Origin: an uncultured Thermoproteaceae archaeon
GTDB lineage: Archaea; Thermoproteota; Thermoprotei; Thermoproteales; Thermocladiaceae
Direction of reading: 5' to 3'
Length of the DNA: 64,000 bases
NCBI GenBank assembly: GCA_964575955.1
Contig: CAZNTG010000006.1
Span: 128,001-192,000, forward strand
The position numbers and the translations under genes were made by a program. The notes beneath the pieces were generated by a model. It worked only from the letters and a program-made list of their open reading frames with translations, had not been told where the DNA came from and ran no database searches. Below, piece after piece: positions 1 to 9,911 of the stretch; positions within the stretch are counted from its first letter, which is position 1; each line of letters starts with the position of its first letter.

Positions 1-180
1 GCTAAATACCTTGAGAAGGTTATAAAGTCAATGCAGAAGATGTTGAAAGATTTAGAACATGGAAAATATCATAAGTATGGTTTTAAGAATATGGAAGAAG
101 CTGAAGCATTTGCAGAATATATTAGATCGAAAATTGAGCAATATTACAAGATATTGGAGAGGTTAGGAAGATCTAGATAA
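1..180 (+). CDS. 3' end of a gene starting before the window (hypothetical)
   Basis: Frame 1 is open from base 1 to TAA at 178-180 (AKYLEKVIKS...LERLGRSR*); converges on the next gene. Confidence 0.6.
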   Translation, partial: AKYLEKVIKSMQKMLKDLEHGKYHKYGFKNMEEAEAFAEYIRSKIEQYYKILERLGRSR

Positions 181-583
181 ATACCTTATCTCTCTCAGGT
201 CCTGGATAGGGACCTTCCTTTATCTCTAACACTTTAGAATCTTTAACATACTCAACCTCATGTGGACAACGCATAATTATACACATACCTTTCTCAAGAT
301 TTACACACTTCACAAGATTACCATCATTATCGTATAGACACACCTTAATAACACCGTCAAGTACTAGTAAAATCTCAACACCAATACCTAAGATGCGTTC
401 TCTATAGTGTAGATGTGGCTTAACGTAGTATCCTTTCTCTCTTGAGAGTATACATGTCTGTATACCCCATGGGTCAGGTGTTAATATTAGAGTTTCACCT
501 TCTCTTATACTTCTAGATACCTTTTTTAGATTAAATATTATAGCTATAAGTTGACCATTTTTGTCAAATACCTTCTCTATCAT
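173..583 (-). CDS. Cupin-fold (WbuC-like) protein of a glycan locus
   Basis: Cupin motifs PHLH..E.LLVLDG and PHEVEY; C-terminal EIKEGPY typical of this family. Confidence 0.7.
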   Translation of the reverse strand: MIEKVFDKNGQLIAIIFNLKKVSRSIREGETLILTPDPWGIQTCILSREKGYYVKPHLHYRERILGIGVEILLVLDGVIKVCLYDNDGNLVKCVNLEKGMCIIMRCPHEVEYVKDSKVLEIKEGPYPGPERDKVFI

Positions 584-585
584 TA

Positions 586-1692
586 TTACAATTCTCTAAT
601 AACTTTCCTAATTATCTCAGCTACATATCTCACATCATCTTCACTTATTTTAGGTCCTGATGGTAGATTAAGACCTTTTTGAGATAGCATTACACTATTA
701 ACTATTCTACATTTTAGAATAGCTCTATCTCTATATGCTGGTTGTATATGTATTGGATTGAAGAATTTTCTAGTCTCTATACCATGCTCTTCAAGTTTTT
801 TAACTAGTCTATCTCTAACCTCTTGAGATTTTAATACAATACTATATAGCCAGTAGACACATCTAGCCCATGGCTTTTCAGGATGTAGCTGTTCAATATG
901 TTCAATATTTGAAAGTTCTTCTTCATATATTTTTGCAATTCTCCTTTTCCATTCTATCAATTTATCAATCTTCTTCATCTGAGATATTCCAAGTGCTGCT
1001 TGTAGACCTGTCATTCTATAGTTTAGACCTGGAACTACGTGCCAATATCTTGGCTTCATACCATGATCACGGTAAAGTCTAACTTTTTCTGCTATTTCAT
1101 CATCATTAGTAACAACCATACCACCCTCACCAGTAGTAATAATCTTATTTGCAAAGAAGCTAAAACATGCTATATGACCTATAGTACCTACCTTCCTACC
1201 TCTATATTCTGCGCCATGAGCTTCTGCACAATCTTCAATTATGTATAGTCCATACTTCTCAGCTATCTCAACTATAGGATCCATATCTGCAGGATGTCCA
1301 TATAGGTGTACTACTATTATTGCCTTAGTACGTTCTGTTATGCATTTTTCAACTATATTAGGATCGATACACCAGTAGTCGTATGTTACATCTACTAGAA
1401 CTGGACGTGCACCAACGTGAATAATTACGTTTATGGGAGATGCAAATGTTAAATCTGGAACTATTACTTCATCTCCTGGACCGATACCAAGTGCAAGTAG
1501 TGAGAGGTGTAGTGCTGCTGTTCCGCTTGAACATGCTATAGCATGTTTAACACCAAGCCAAGAAGAAAAAACACGCTCAAACTCAGATACTGCTGGACTT
1601 ATACCACTTATATATCCTGTCTTAAGTACATCCATTATTGAGAATATATCATCAACATCTATTACAGGACATGCAACTGGTATCTTAATCAT
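586..1692 (-). CDS. DegT/DnrJ/EryC1/StrS sugar aminotransferase (perosamine synthase-like)
   Basis: SSGTAALHL, IEDCAEAHG and FSFFANKIITTGEGG (PLP lysine) motifs; gmd in the same locus. Confidence 0.9.
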   Translation of the reverse strand: MIKIPVACPVIDVDDIFSIMDVLKTGYISGISPAVSEFERVFSSWLGVKHAIACSSGTAALHLSLLALGIGPGDEVIVPDLTFASPINVIIHVGARPVLVDVTYDYWCIDPNIVEKCITERTKAIIVVHLYGHPADMDPIVEIAEKYGLYIIEDCAEAHGAEYRGRKVGTIGHIACFSFFANKIITTGEGGMVVTNDDEIAEKVRLYRDHGMKPRYWHVVPGLNYRMTGLQAALGISQMKKIDKLIEWKRRIAKIYEEELSNIEHIEQLHPEKPWARCVYWLYSIVLKSQEVRDRLVKKLEEHGIETRKFFNPIHIQPAYRDRAILKCRIVNSVMLSQKGLNLPSGPKISEDDVRYVAEIIRKVIREL

Positions 1693-2687
1693 GTTAGTCA
1701 GATTTTCTTAAAGAAATTCATTATTACCTCACACACATACATAACTTCCTCATCTTTCATATGTGGGTATATGGGTATGTTAATTATCTCTCTATAAGCT
1801 TGTTCACTTCTCTCTAAACTATAATCAACATATTTTTTAAATATTGGCTGTATGTGAAGTGGAGGGAAGTATATTCTAGTCTCAACTCCATGATCTTCTA
1901 AGAATTTGATTAATCTATCTCTGATATCAGGTCTAACTCTTATGTAGTATGTCATGTATACATGTCTACAATGTGGTAATTCTACAGGTGTTTTAACATG
2001 ATCTATCTTTGATAGATATTCATCATACATCTTCGCAATTCTTCTTCTCAACTCTATAATCTTATCAATCTTCTTCATCTGTACAAGTCCAATAGCTGCC
2101 TGCATCTCAGTCATGTGGTAGTTATTTCCAAGCATGACATAGTTAAATCTACCCTTCTGACCATAGTTACATACAATTCTAACTTTTTCTGCTATTTCAT
2201 CATCATTAGTAACAACCATACCACCCTCACCAGTAGTAATAATCTTGTTAGGTGAAAATGCGAATATTGCAACATGACCGAAAGTTCCAACCTTCCTACC
2301 TCTATAGAGTGCTCCCTGTGCTTCAGCACAATCCTCAATAAGGTATATTCCATGCCTCTCAGCAATATCTAAAAGCTCATCAAGCTCAGCTGGATGACCA
2401 CCATAGTGTATTGGTATTATTGCTCTAGTTCTACTAGTAATCTTCCTCCTAACATCACTAGGATCAAGATTTAGAGTATCTAACTCAATATCTGCAAATA
2501 CAGGCTTTGCACCACAGAGAACAACAGCAACTGCAGGAGGACCACAACTAAATGATGGAACTATTACTTCATCTCCTGGACCAACACCTAAAGCTAGTAG
2601 AACAGCATGAAGTGCTGCTGTTCCGCTTGAACATGCTATAGCATGTTTAACACCAAGCCAAGAAGAAAAAACACGCTCAAACTCAGA
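1078..2687. repeat. Identical tracts shared by the two DegT genes (1078-1146 = 2178-2246; 1511-1587 = 2611-2687)
   Basis: Direct comparison; constant 1100-bp offset. Confidence 0.9.
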
Positions 2688-2789
2688 AACATTCTTACCA
2701 TACCTCAACATCTTACTTCTAACAGTCTCATAGACAGCTCTAGCCTCTTCCTCATCAATCCAAGGATCTGAAAATGGTATTTTCATCAT
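1698..2789 (-). CDS. DegT/DnrJ/EryC1/StrS sugar aminotransferase (paralogue)
   Basis: SSGTAALH, IEDCAEAQG, FSPNKIITTGEGG motifs. Confidence 0.9.
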   Translation of the reverse strand: MMKIPFSDPWIDEEEARAVYETVRSKMLRYGKNVSEFERVFSSWLGVKHAIACSSGTAALHAVLLALGVGPGDEVIVPSFSCGPPAVAVVLCGAKPVFADIELDTLNLDPSDVRRKITSRTRAIIPIHYGGHPAELDELLDIAERHGIYLIEDCAEAQGALYRGRKVGTFGHVAIFAFSPNKIITTGEGGMVVTNDDEIAEKVRIVCNYGQKGRFNYVMLGNNYHMTEMQAAIGLVQMKKIDKIIELRRRIAKMYDEYLSKIDHVKTPVELPHCRHVYMTYYIRVRPDIRDRLIKFLEDHGVETRIYFPPLHIQPIFKKYVDYSLERSEQAYREIINIPIYPHMKDEEVMYVCEVIMNFFKKI

Positions 2790-2839
2790 AATTTTAAAAT
2801 ATGTTAAACTATTTAAATGATTCTACCTAGAGATTAAGT

Positions 2840-3724
2840 ATGAAAGTAGTGGTAATAGGTTCAGAAGGTTTTATAGGTAAAAATTTATGTAAACATCTAT
2901 ACAATAAAGATCTCAAAGTAATAGGAGTAGATATTATAGATAAAACTTTAGAAATATATGAAGATTATATAAAGGCAGATATTAGAGTTGATATAGATAA
3001 GCTAGTTAAAATATTTGAAGAACATAGACCTGAAATAACAATTTGCCTATCACATGATAAAGATACAATACGTGGAAATATATCAATTGTAGAGAACATA
3101 TTAAACATATGTAGTAAATATGGTACATATTTAATATATTTCAGTAGTGCAGCAGTCTATGGATATATTGCACCAAACGCAAAACCAGGATTAGAAAATC
3201 CAATAACATTATATGGAATTCAGAAATTAATAACTGAAAATACTATAAAACTACTATCAAAAATATTAAGTTATGATAGATGGATAATTGTAAGACCGTG
3301 GGATGTTCTTGGAGAGAGATGTAGAAATAATGCAATATGTATGTTAATTGATAGACTTTTGAAGAATAAGAAGATTGATCTATATTTTGAAGGTCTTCAA
3401 ATAACAGATTGGATACATGTAAATGATCTATGTAGAATAATATCAAATCTATGTATAGACATGTATGAGAGTAAGATAGATATTCCAAACATACTTAACA
3501 TAGCATCAGGAGATCCTAAGACTTTTAGAGAGATTTTTAATATTGTGAAAAATATACTTGATAGTGATGAATATGTTATAAATTACATATCTTTTGAAGA
3601 AAGTTTTAAGAGAGGTGCTAGATACTTAATGACATATCCTGATAGAGAAACATTGAGATATGTAGAGAAGATAGGTATAACATACAATATTAATCAAGCA
3701 ATTAGAGAAATCTTAGCAAGATGA
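2840..3724 (+). CDS. NAD-dependent epimerase/dehydratase (extended SDR)
   Basis: GSEGFIG Rossmann motif, SSAAVYG, YGIQK (YxxxK). Confidence 0.85.
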   Translation: MKVVVIGSEGFIGKNLCKHLYNKDLKVIGVDIIDKTLEIYEDYIKADIRVDIDKLVKIFEEHRPEITICLSHDKDTIRGNISIVENILNICSKYGTYLIYFSSAAVYGYIAPNAKPGLENPITLYGIQKLITENTIKLLSKILSYDRWIIVRPWDVLGERCRNNAICMLIDRLLKNKKIDLYFEGLQITDWIHVNDLCRIISNLCIDMYESKIDIPNILNIASGDPKTFREIFNIVKNILDSDEYVINYISFEESFKRGARYLMTYPDRETLRYVEKIGITYNINQAIREILAR

Positions 3725-4788
3725 ATATTGGTGAAGATATAGTTTGGATTGATATTCCACATCCAAAATATGCATGGGAATTTAGAAAGCTCTTAGAGTT
3801 ATTAGAGAAGAAGAATTTTAAGACATTAATCACTGCTAGAGATGGTTTAGGAATTTTAGAGATATGTAAATTATTGAAATATAGTAATATAACTGTTGTT
3901 GGTAAGTATGGAAAAAGTATAGAAGAGAAGCTTATATACGATATTGAGAGAATGAGAGAATTTTACAATATTTTAAGAAGATTAAATAGTAAAGTTATAG
4001 CATGCATTGGTGTAGATTCAGCAAGCTTAAGAGTTGCATATGGATTAAAGATACGTACTGTATGTGTAAATGATACTCCAAAAAATGTTAAGTTATGTAG
4101 ATTAACAATATCAATATCAGACTACTTAATAACACCTAGATGTTGTGTTGAAAATTTTAAGAAATTATACAATTTGAAATTTACAAAAGTCATAGATTAT
4201 GATGGTATTGAAGAAAGGTCATATATAACACCTGAATTAGTAGACATAAAACTACACTATGCTAAGAGAAGAGATAGAATTAACATAGTGTTGAGAGATG
4301 TAGAATACTTATCGTCATATGCTATCTCCTCAAAAGTAGATATTGTTAAAATTATTGAGATTATTAAGAGAAGTTTCGATAATGTAAGTATACTACTACT
4401 TGCAAGATATGAAGAAGATTATGGAAAGTATATTGATATTAAAAGGAAGTTTGATAGAGAGGTAGATATTATTGTTCCTAGAAGAAGTCTACTCTTACCA
4501 ATATATTTAACATGTGTAGATTTAGTGATAGGTTCTGGAGGTACTATATGTAGAGAATCTACACTTCTCGGTATTCCAACAATATCATTCTACTTTTGGG
4601 ATGAACAGATGAGATATTTAAACAAACTTGGATTTCCAAATATGTACTCTAGACCTTCTCAACTATTAGAAAATATTTCAAAAATAGTTAAAGATTTAGA
4701 TAGATATTGTGTAGATACTAGAAGTATGTTGACTAGAATGGAAAGTCCTTTAGAGTATATTGTTGAGATTATTTGTAAACTTCTATAA
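3721..4788 (+). CDS. DUF354-like GT-B fold protein
   Basis: N-terminal WIDI.HP, ITAR and GSGGT..RE..LLGIP motifs. Confidence 0.7.
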   Translation: MNIGEDIVWIDIPHPKYAWEFRKLLELLEKKNFKTLITARDGLGILEICKLLKYSNITVVGKYGKSIEEKLIYDIERMREFYNILRRLNSKVIACIGVDSASLRVAYGLKIRTVCVNDTPKNVKLCRLTISISDYLITPRCCVENFKKLYNLKFTKVIDYDGIEERSYITPELVDIKLHYAKRRDRINIVLRDVEYLSSYAISSKVDIVKIIEIIKRSFDNVSILLLARYEEDYGKYIDIKRKFDREVDIIVPRRSLLLPIYLTCVDLVIGSGGTICRESTLLGIPTISFYFWDEQMRYLNKLGFPNMYSRPSQLLENISKIVKDLDRYCVDTRSMLTRMESPLEYIVEIICKLL

Positions 4789-4792
4789 TCAT

Positions 4793-5620
4793 CTAACGTC
4801 TATGTAGTATATTTCCTATTAAGGTGAAGAGCCATCTTAGAAAGTAGTATATGGGTAGTAGTATGGTTATCGTTCTACCAAGTCTTGAGCTTATAATCAT
4901 GTATATTACTCCTCTAGGTATTGATGCAAATGTTCTAACTAGTAGTGACTTTATAGAGAAATGTTGTGCTCCCGAACTTGATGGATCTAAATGTTTAATC
5001 AGGTTTTCACGAATAGTACCTCTATACCTGTGATATATCTCTACATCATCTCTTATAACAATTCTATAATTTTCACATTTTAATCTCTTATTAAGATCAT
5101 GATCTTCACCACCTCTCAGAGTATTATTAAATCTTATTCTTGAAATTATATCTCTTCTATATACTGTACCTCCACATGGAGGATCACTAAAGACTTTACT
5201 ATGAGCATATACTAGAGATTCTTCAAGTAGAGCACCCCACTTATCTACTATAGATATTATTTTAGGACCTACAGCAGCAATCTTAGTATTGTTGAACGAT
5301 TTTAAGATTTTTTTAAAATAATCTCTAGTTAATACTATATCACTATCAACCATGCAGATGTAGTCTCTTGATGATATATCGAGACATATATTTCTAAGAT
5401 ATCCTAGAGGTCCATCTTTAACTATGATTGTGAGTTTAGAATATTTTTTCAATATTTTCAATATCTTTCTATGTATATCGTCTATATCAAGTTTAGCTGT
5501 TATTAGTATTATAGAGTTTATGAATTCTCTATTAAGTAGTAGAGATCCTAAAGTTTCAGGAAGTATTTCAGATATGCTTCTTGTAACAATACACACATCT
5601 ACACATTTACTTGATGACAC
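4793..5620 (-). CDS. Glycosyltransferase family 2
   Basis: DSD motif, GEDHDL, hydrophobic C-terminus. Confidence 0.8.
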   Translation of the reverse strand: MSSSKCVDVCIVTRSISEILPETLGSLLLNREFINSIILITAKLDIDDIHRKILKILKKYSKLTIIVKDGPLGYLRNICLDISSRDYICMVDSDIVLTRDYFKKILKSFNNTKIAAVGPKIISIVDKWGALLEESLVYAHSKVFSDPPCGGTVYRRDIISRIRFNNTLRGGEDHDLNKRLKCENYRIVIRDDVEIYHRYRGTIRENLIKHLDPSSSGAQHFSIKSLLVRTFASIPRGVIYMIISSRLGRTITILLPIYYFLRWLFTLIGNILHRR

Positions 5621-5678
5621 CTATACTAGCTTCTTTAGAAGATATTAATCTTCTAGTGCATATTGAAGAAATATTTAA

Positions 5679-6434
5679 ATGATGCCAAAACTGTTGAACG
5701 TTGTGATCGAGAATCTGAAGGTAGATCAGTATAAAGTTGACATAGCTATAAAGTTATTGAAGTGGACCTGTAGATTTTCAAGACCTGCAGTATGTTTTTC
5801 AGGTGGTAAGGATAGTCTTGTAGTTCTTGATCTTATAGCTAAAATTCCTGAGCTTAGAGAGAAGATATTGATATTGAGTGATGATCCAATAATGCCTGAG
5901 GAGTATTATGATTATTGTGAAAGAATTTTAGAGAAGTATAATTTTAAGAATGTACATTGGCTTAGAGACTATATTAGACCTGAGGATTGGAATTATAGAA
6001 TTGAAAAGACTAAAGATGTAGTACTCTGTTGCTACCATTTGAAAATATTACCAGTTCAGAGATTCATACTTGAAAATAAGATAGAAGCTCTAATTGTAGC
6101 AATTAGAGGAGATGAACATCAAGAGAGACAAAAGGAAAAGTATGTCAGTATTAGAAAGACACCACACTACAAGATATTTAGAGTACACCCAATACTATCA
6201 TGGAAGCTATCTGACGTGTGGGCTTACATAACTGAGAATAATTTAGAGATTAACCCACTATATCTTAAAGGATATACAAGCCTTCAATGTATGCCATGTT
6301 TAAAGAGACTACCTGTAGAATTTAGAGATGTTAAAGAACTTATAGAATATTCTCTAAAACATGGAGATAGACAAGTTAGATTAGAAGAGAAGGAGGTGAA
6401 AATGCATATATTGAGGAAATTAGGCTACTTCTAA
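5679..6434 (+). CDS. PAPS reductase / sulfate adenylyltransferase (CysH/CysD) family PP-loop protein
   Basis: FSGGKDS, CC..LK, HPILSW, NPLY.KGYTSL.C.PC. Confidence 0.8.
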   Translation: MMPKLLNVVIENLKVDQYKVDIAIKLLKWTCRFSRPAVCFSGGKDSLVVLDLIAKIPELREKILILSDDPIMPEEYYDYCERILEKYNFKNVHWLRDYIRPEDWNYRIEKTKDVVLCCYHLKILPVQRFILENKIEALIVAIRGDEHQERQKEKYVSIRKTPHYKIFRVHPILSWKLSDVWAYITENNLEINPLYLKGYTSLQCMPCLKRLPVEFRDVKELIEYSLKHGDRQVRLEEKEVKMHILRKLGYF

Positions 6435-7313
6435 GTGAGAAAAGTATTTGTAATAGGTCTAGACTGTCTCGACTATTATATAGTAGAAAATTTAAATTGT
6501 AAAGAATTTCTACAAAAAGTACATAAAAAACTTGAAACTATAATAAATCCAGAAGTTGGTGAACCAAGCACAGAAGAGATATGGATTAGCATTATAACTG
6601 GAGTACCACCTGAAGTTCATAAAGTTAGAGCTGGTCAAGCAAAAAGATGGAAAAGTAAAACATTGCAAAAATTTAGAGAAGTTTTGATAAAGATTGAGAA
6701 GAAGAATAGAAGTGTAGAGAGGCTAATATCAAAATTAAGACCAGGTAAATTCTTTGAAAAACTTGGATTTGAGAAAACAGGAATTGTAGATAACCTACCT
6801 GTTAAAACAATATTTGACATAGTTAAACCATCAATAGCCTACTCAATACCTGTCTATAATGAAGATCTAAACAAGTATTGGGAATTGATTGGTTGGAGAA
6901 GTAGAGATTACGCACTTAAGCATAGAGAGATAATAGCTAAAAGAGCAAGAGAATACTTCTTAAAAGAGGTTGAGGAAACTTTAAAATTAATAAAGAATGA
7001 CTGGATATTATTTTTCGTACATTATCAATATATAGACGATATATCTCACATGTATTATGACGAGCCAGAGATTATAGAACAGACATATTATGAAGTTGAG
7101 GAGATTATTAAAAATATTAAGAATAACCTACCAAAGGATACTGTAGTATTAATAGTGTCAGATCATGGAATTAATGATATTGGACTTCATGCACCATACT
7201 CATTCTTCTCTATCAATGTTAAGATAGATGAAAAGTACTTACCAAAATCTGTACTTGATTTAAAAGATTTCATAATAAATTTAATATATGAGAAGATACC
7301 TATAGAAGATTAG
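6435..7313 (+). CDS. Alkaline phosphatase superfamily (phosphodiesterase-like) protein
   Basis: VIGLD, TG.PP..H, DDISH and VSDHG metal-binding motifs. Confidence 0.8.
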   Translation: MRKVFVIGLDCLDYYIVENLNCKEFLQKVHKKLETIINPEVGEPSTEEIWISIITGVPPEVHKVRAGQAKRWKSKTLQKFREVLIKIEKKNRSVERLISKLRPGKFFEKLGFEKTGIVDNLPVKTIFDIVKPSIAYSIPVYNEDLNKYWELIGWRSRDYALKHREIIAKRAREYFLKEVEETLKLIKNDWILFFVHYQYIDDISHMYYDEPEIIEQTYYEVEEIIKNIKNNLPKDTVVLIVSDHGINDIGLHAPYSFFSINVKIDEKYLPKSVLDLKDFIINLIYEKIPIED

Positions 7314-8481
7314 ATACAATATCTATAATACGTCTATAAAGTTCATCTTCACTAAACTTGTAGAGTCCTGATATTAGAGAATTTCTCATAGAAATGTACT
7401 GAGATTCACTAACTTCAAGAAGTTTTGACAATTTTTCAACAGCTTCTTCTATGTTTGTGTATAGGTATTCTTTTTTGTAGTTTACTATTTCAAATGCTCC
7501 TCCACCAGCATAGAGAAGTGGTAAACAACCAGAAGCAATACCCTCCAAACAAGCAATAGAAAGAGGCTCTTGAAGATACCAAGGTTCTCTAAATCCCATT
7601 GTATGTAGAAATACTTTAGACCTTGATAATAGTTTTAGAAGATCTCTCAATGGTATATTTGGGTAAAGTTTAACATTTTTCAAATTGAATCTATCAACCA
7701 GCTTTTTAACATAATTAAAATACCATAGATTATTCTCTGTAACTATTCCACATATTCTAAATTCTTGATCAATACCATAGTATTCTTTGGCTAATTTTGC
7801 AATTAGTACTTGAATATGTTGTTTCTTCTCTCGATTAAAATTAGCTAAAGAAATTACACCATCTCTCTCAGTATTGTTAGAAATTTTTAGAAATGTTGAT
7901 AGATCTACAGGTGGGTATATCACACCATCAACAGGAACTTTGAGACATTTTTCCATTATAAGTTTACACCACTCGGAATCGGTGAATACTAGTATATTAT
8001 CGCTATTCTCTTCTTTAATCTTCTTCAATCTATCTACACTATCTAAAACAAGTTTTAGATAAGGTGCGTAGTATATCTTCTTAACAATTCTAGATCTACT
8101 ATATGCTAAATGTGTAAGATAGTGATAGGGTTTGTAGAGTATTATTACATATTTTTTATATCTACATAGTGGATTGTATATGAAGTCTCCTGACATGTTG
8201 AATATTATGTCAAATTTTCTAAATATTGTTGACATGTTTAGAAGTAGCGAGTTATATATTAGTAGTAGAGGTTTTTTACGTGGAATATTTAGACTTATAA
8301 ATCTTGTTCTTCTAAGTTTTTTACCAAATCTTTCATATATTTTTACAGGATCTATCTTATGTATTGAGAATATTGAGACTTCAAAGCCAATATCTTCTAA
8401 TATTTTTGCTATAGTTATTGAAAATCTAGCACCACCACCATAACCGACAAATTTATGTAATATTGCAGCTTTCTTAGACAT
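7300..8481 (-). CDS. Glycosyltransferase family 4
   Basis: GGG N-terminus, IYPPV, EPLSIACLEGIASG (ExxxxxxxE). Confidence 0.85.
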   Translation of the reverse strand: MSKKAAILHKFVGYGGGARFSITIAKILEDIGFEVSIFSIHKIDPVKIYERFGKKLRRTRFISLNIPRKKPLLLIYNSLLLNMSTIFRKFDIIFNMSGDFIYNPLCRYKKYVIILYKPYHYLTHLAYSRSRIVKKIYYAPYLKLVLDSVDRLKKIKEENSDNILVFTDSEWCKLIMEKCLKVPVDGVIYPPVDLSTFLKISNNTERDGVISLANFNREKKQHIQVLIAKLAKEYYGIDQEFRICGIVTENNLWYFNYVKKLVDRFNLKNVKLYPNIPLRDLLKLLSRSKVFLHTMGFREPWYLQEPLSIACLEGIASGCLPLLYAGGGAFEIVNYKKEYLYTNIEEAVEKLSKLLEVSESQYISMRNSLISGLYKFSEDELYRRIIDIVSNLL

Positions 8482-9911
8482 GTATCTTATACTTTGATTA
8501 CTTTTGTAATTATCTTAGCCTCTTCAGGGTATTGTGGTGCATCCCATGGAAACTTTTCACCGCTTAACCACATTTGCCATCTCTTTATATCTTCCTGTAC
8601 CATTATCTTTACAAGTTCTTTAAATCTTGTTTTAGGTTCCCAACCAAATTTCTGTTTTGCTTTACTATAATCTCCAGCTATTTCAAGTACATCGAGTGGT
8701 CTAAATAGTGATTTATCTATTACTACATACTTCTGCCATTTATCTGGATCAACGTCATATCCCATCTCTTGAGCTACTCTTAATGCTTCTATAAGAAACT
8801 CTTTAACACTATGTAATTCTCCTGTTGCTAATACATAGTCATCAGGTTCTTTTTGCTGCATCATTTGCCAGATACCATAGACGTACTCTGGTGCGTATCC
8901 CCAATCACGTTTAGCTTCTATATTTCCAAGTTTTATAGGTTCTCTATATATTCCAAGCACGTACTTAGCAACCCAATTACTTATCTTCCTTGTAACAAAT
9001 TCTAAACCTCTTAATGGTGATTCATGATTAAATAGGATACCATTAACTACATATAGACCATAAGCTTCTCTATATGCACAGCCAAGCCAATAGCATGCAA
9101 GTTTTGAAACTGCGTAAGGACTTACAGGTTTGAATGGGTCATTCTCATTTAAAGCTCTCTTAAACTTTTCAATTATTTCTCTACCTGCCTTACCATACAT
9201 CTCAGATGTACATGCAATATATACCTTACAGTCTGGTAATATCTGTCTAACAGCTTCAAGTATGTACAATGTACCCAACGTATTTATTTCAAATGTTGTA
9301 ACAGGATTTTCAAAACTTGCACCTACAAAACTCATAGCTCCAAGATGATAAATCTCATCAGGTTGAATCTCCTTTATTGTTAAGAATATTGACGTGGCAT
9401 CAGTAAGTTCACAAGGTACTAGATTAACTTTATCGAAAATTCCCAAATACTGTAATCTCCAAAAGTTTGGTGATGATACACGTCTAAAGGTACCATAAAC
9501 TTCATAACCTTTCTCAAGTAATAACTTAGCAAGATATGCACCATCTTGACCTGTAATTCCTGTTATTAATGCACGTTTAGTCATACTCAAATCGCTTTAA
9601 ACTAAATTTATAAAGATTCTCACTATTGACATTATCAGGTATTATGGTGGTAGTAGCTTATCTAAATTCTTCTTAAAAGTCTCTTCACTAAAGTTAGCGT
9701 GTATGTAACTTCTCAACTCTCTAGATCTTCTAACATGTTCATCAATATCCATACTTAACAACTTCGCAATCTTATGTGCAGCTTCTTCTATGTTTGTGTA
9801 TAGGTATTCTTTTTTGTAGTTTACTATTTCAAATGCTCCTCCACCAGCATAGAGAAGTGGTAAACAACCAGAAGCAATACCCTCCAAACAAGCAATAGAA
9901 AGAGGCTCTTG
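7440..9911. repeat. 133-bp identical tract shared by two GT4 genes (7440-7572 = 9779-9911)
   Basis: Direct comparison; encodes QEPLSIACLEG...YTNIEEA in both genes. Confidence 0.9.
8487..9590 (-). CDS. gmd: GDP-mannose 4,6-dehydratase
   Basis: ALITGITGQDGAYLA, FNHESPLRG.EFVTRKI, RDWGYA. Confidence 0.95.
   Translation of the reverse strand: MSMTKRALITGITGQDGAYLAKLLLEKGYEVYGTFRRVSSPNFWRLQYLGIFDKVNLVPCELTDATSIFLTIKEIQPDEIYHLGAMSFVGASFENPVTTFEINTLGTLYILEAVRQILPDCKVYIACTSEMYGKAGREIIEKFKRALNENDPFKPVSPYAVSKLACYWLGCAYREAYGLYVVNGILFNHESPLRGLEFVTRKISNWVAKYVLGIYREPIKLGNIEAKRDWGYAPEYVYGIWQMMQQKEPDDYVLATGELHSVKEFLIEALRVAQEMGYDVDPDKWQKYVVIDKSLFRPLDVLEIAGDYSKAKQKFGWEPKTRFKELVKIMVQEDIKRWQMWLSGEKFPWDAPQYPEEAKIITKVIKV

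Noticed and set aside
5679-6434. DndC-like DNA phosphorothioation gene
   Set aside because: Short protein, no other dnd/ssp genes, and glycan-locus context
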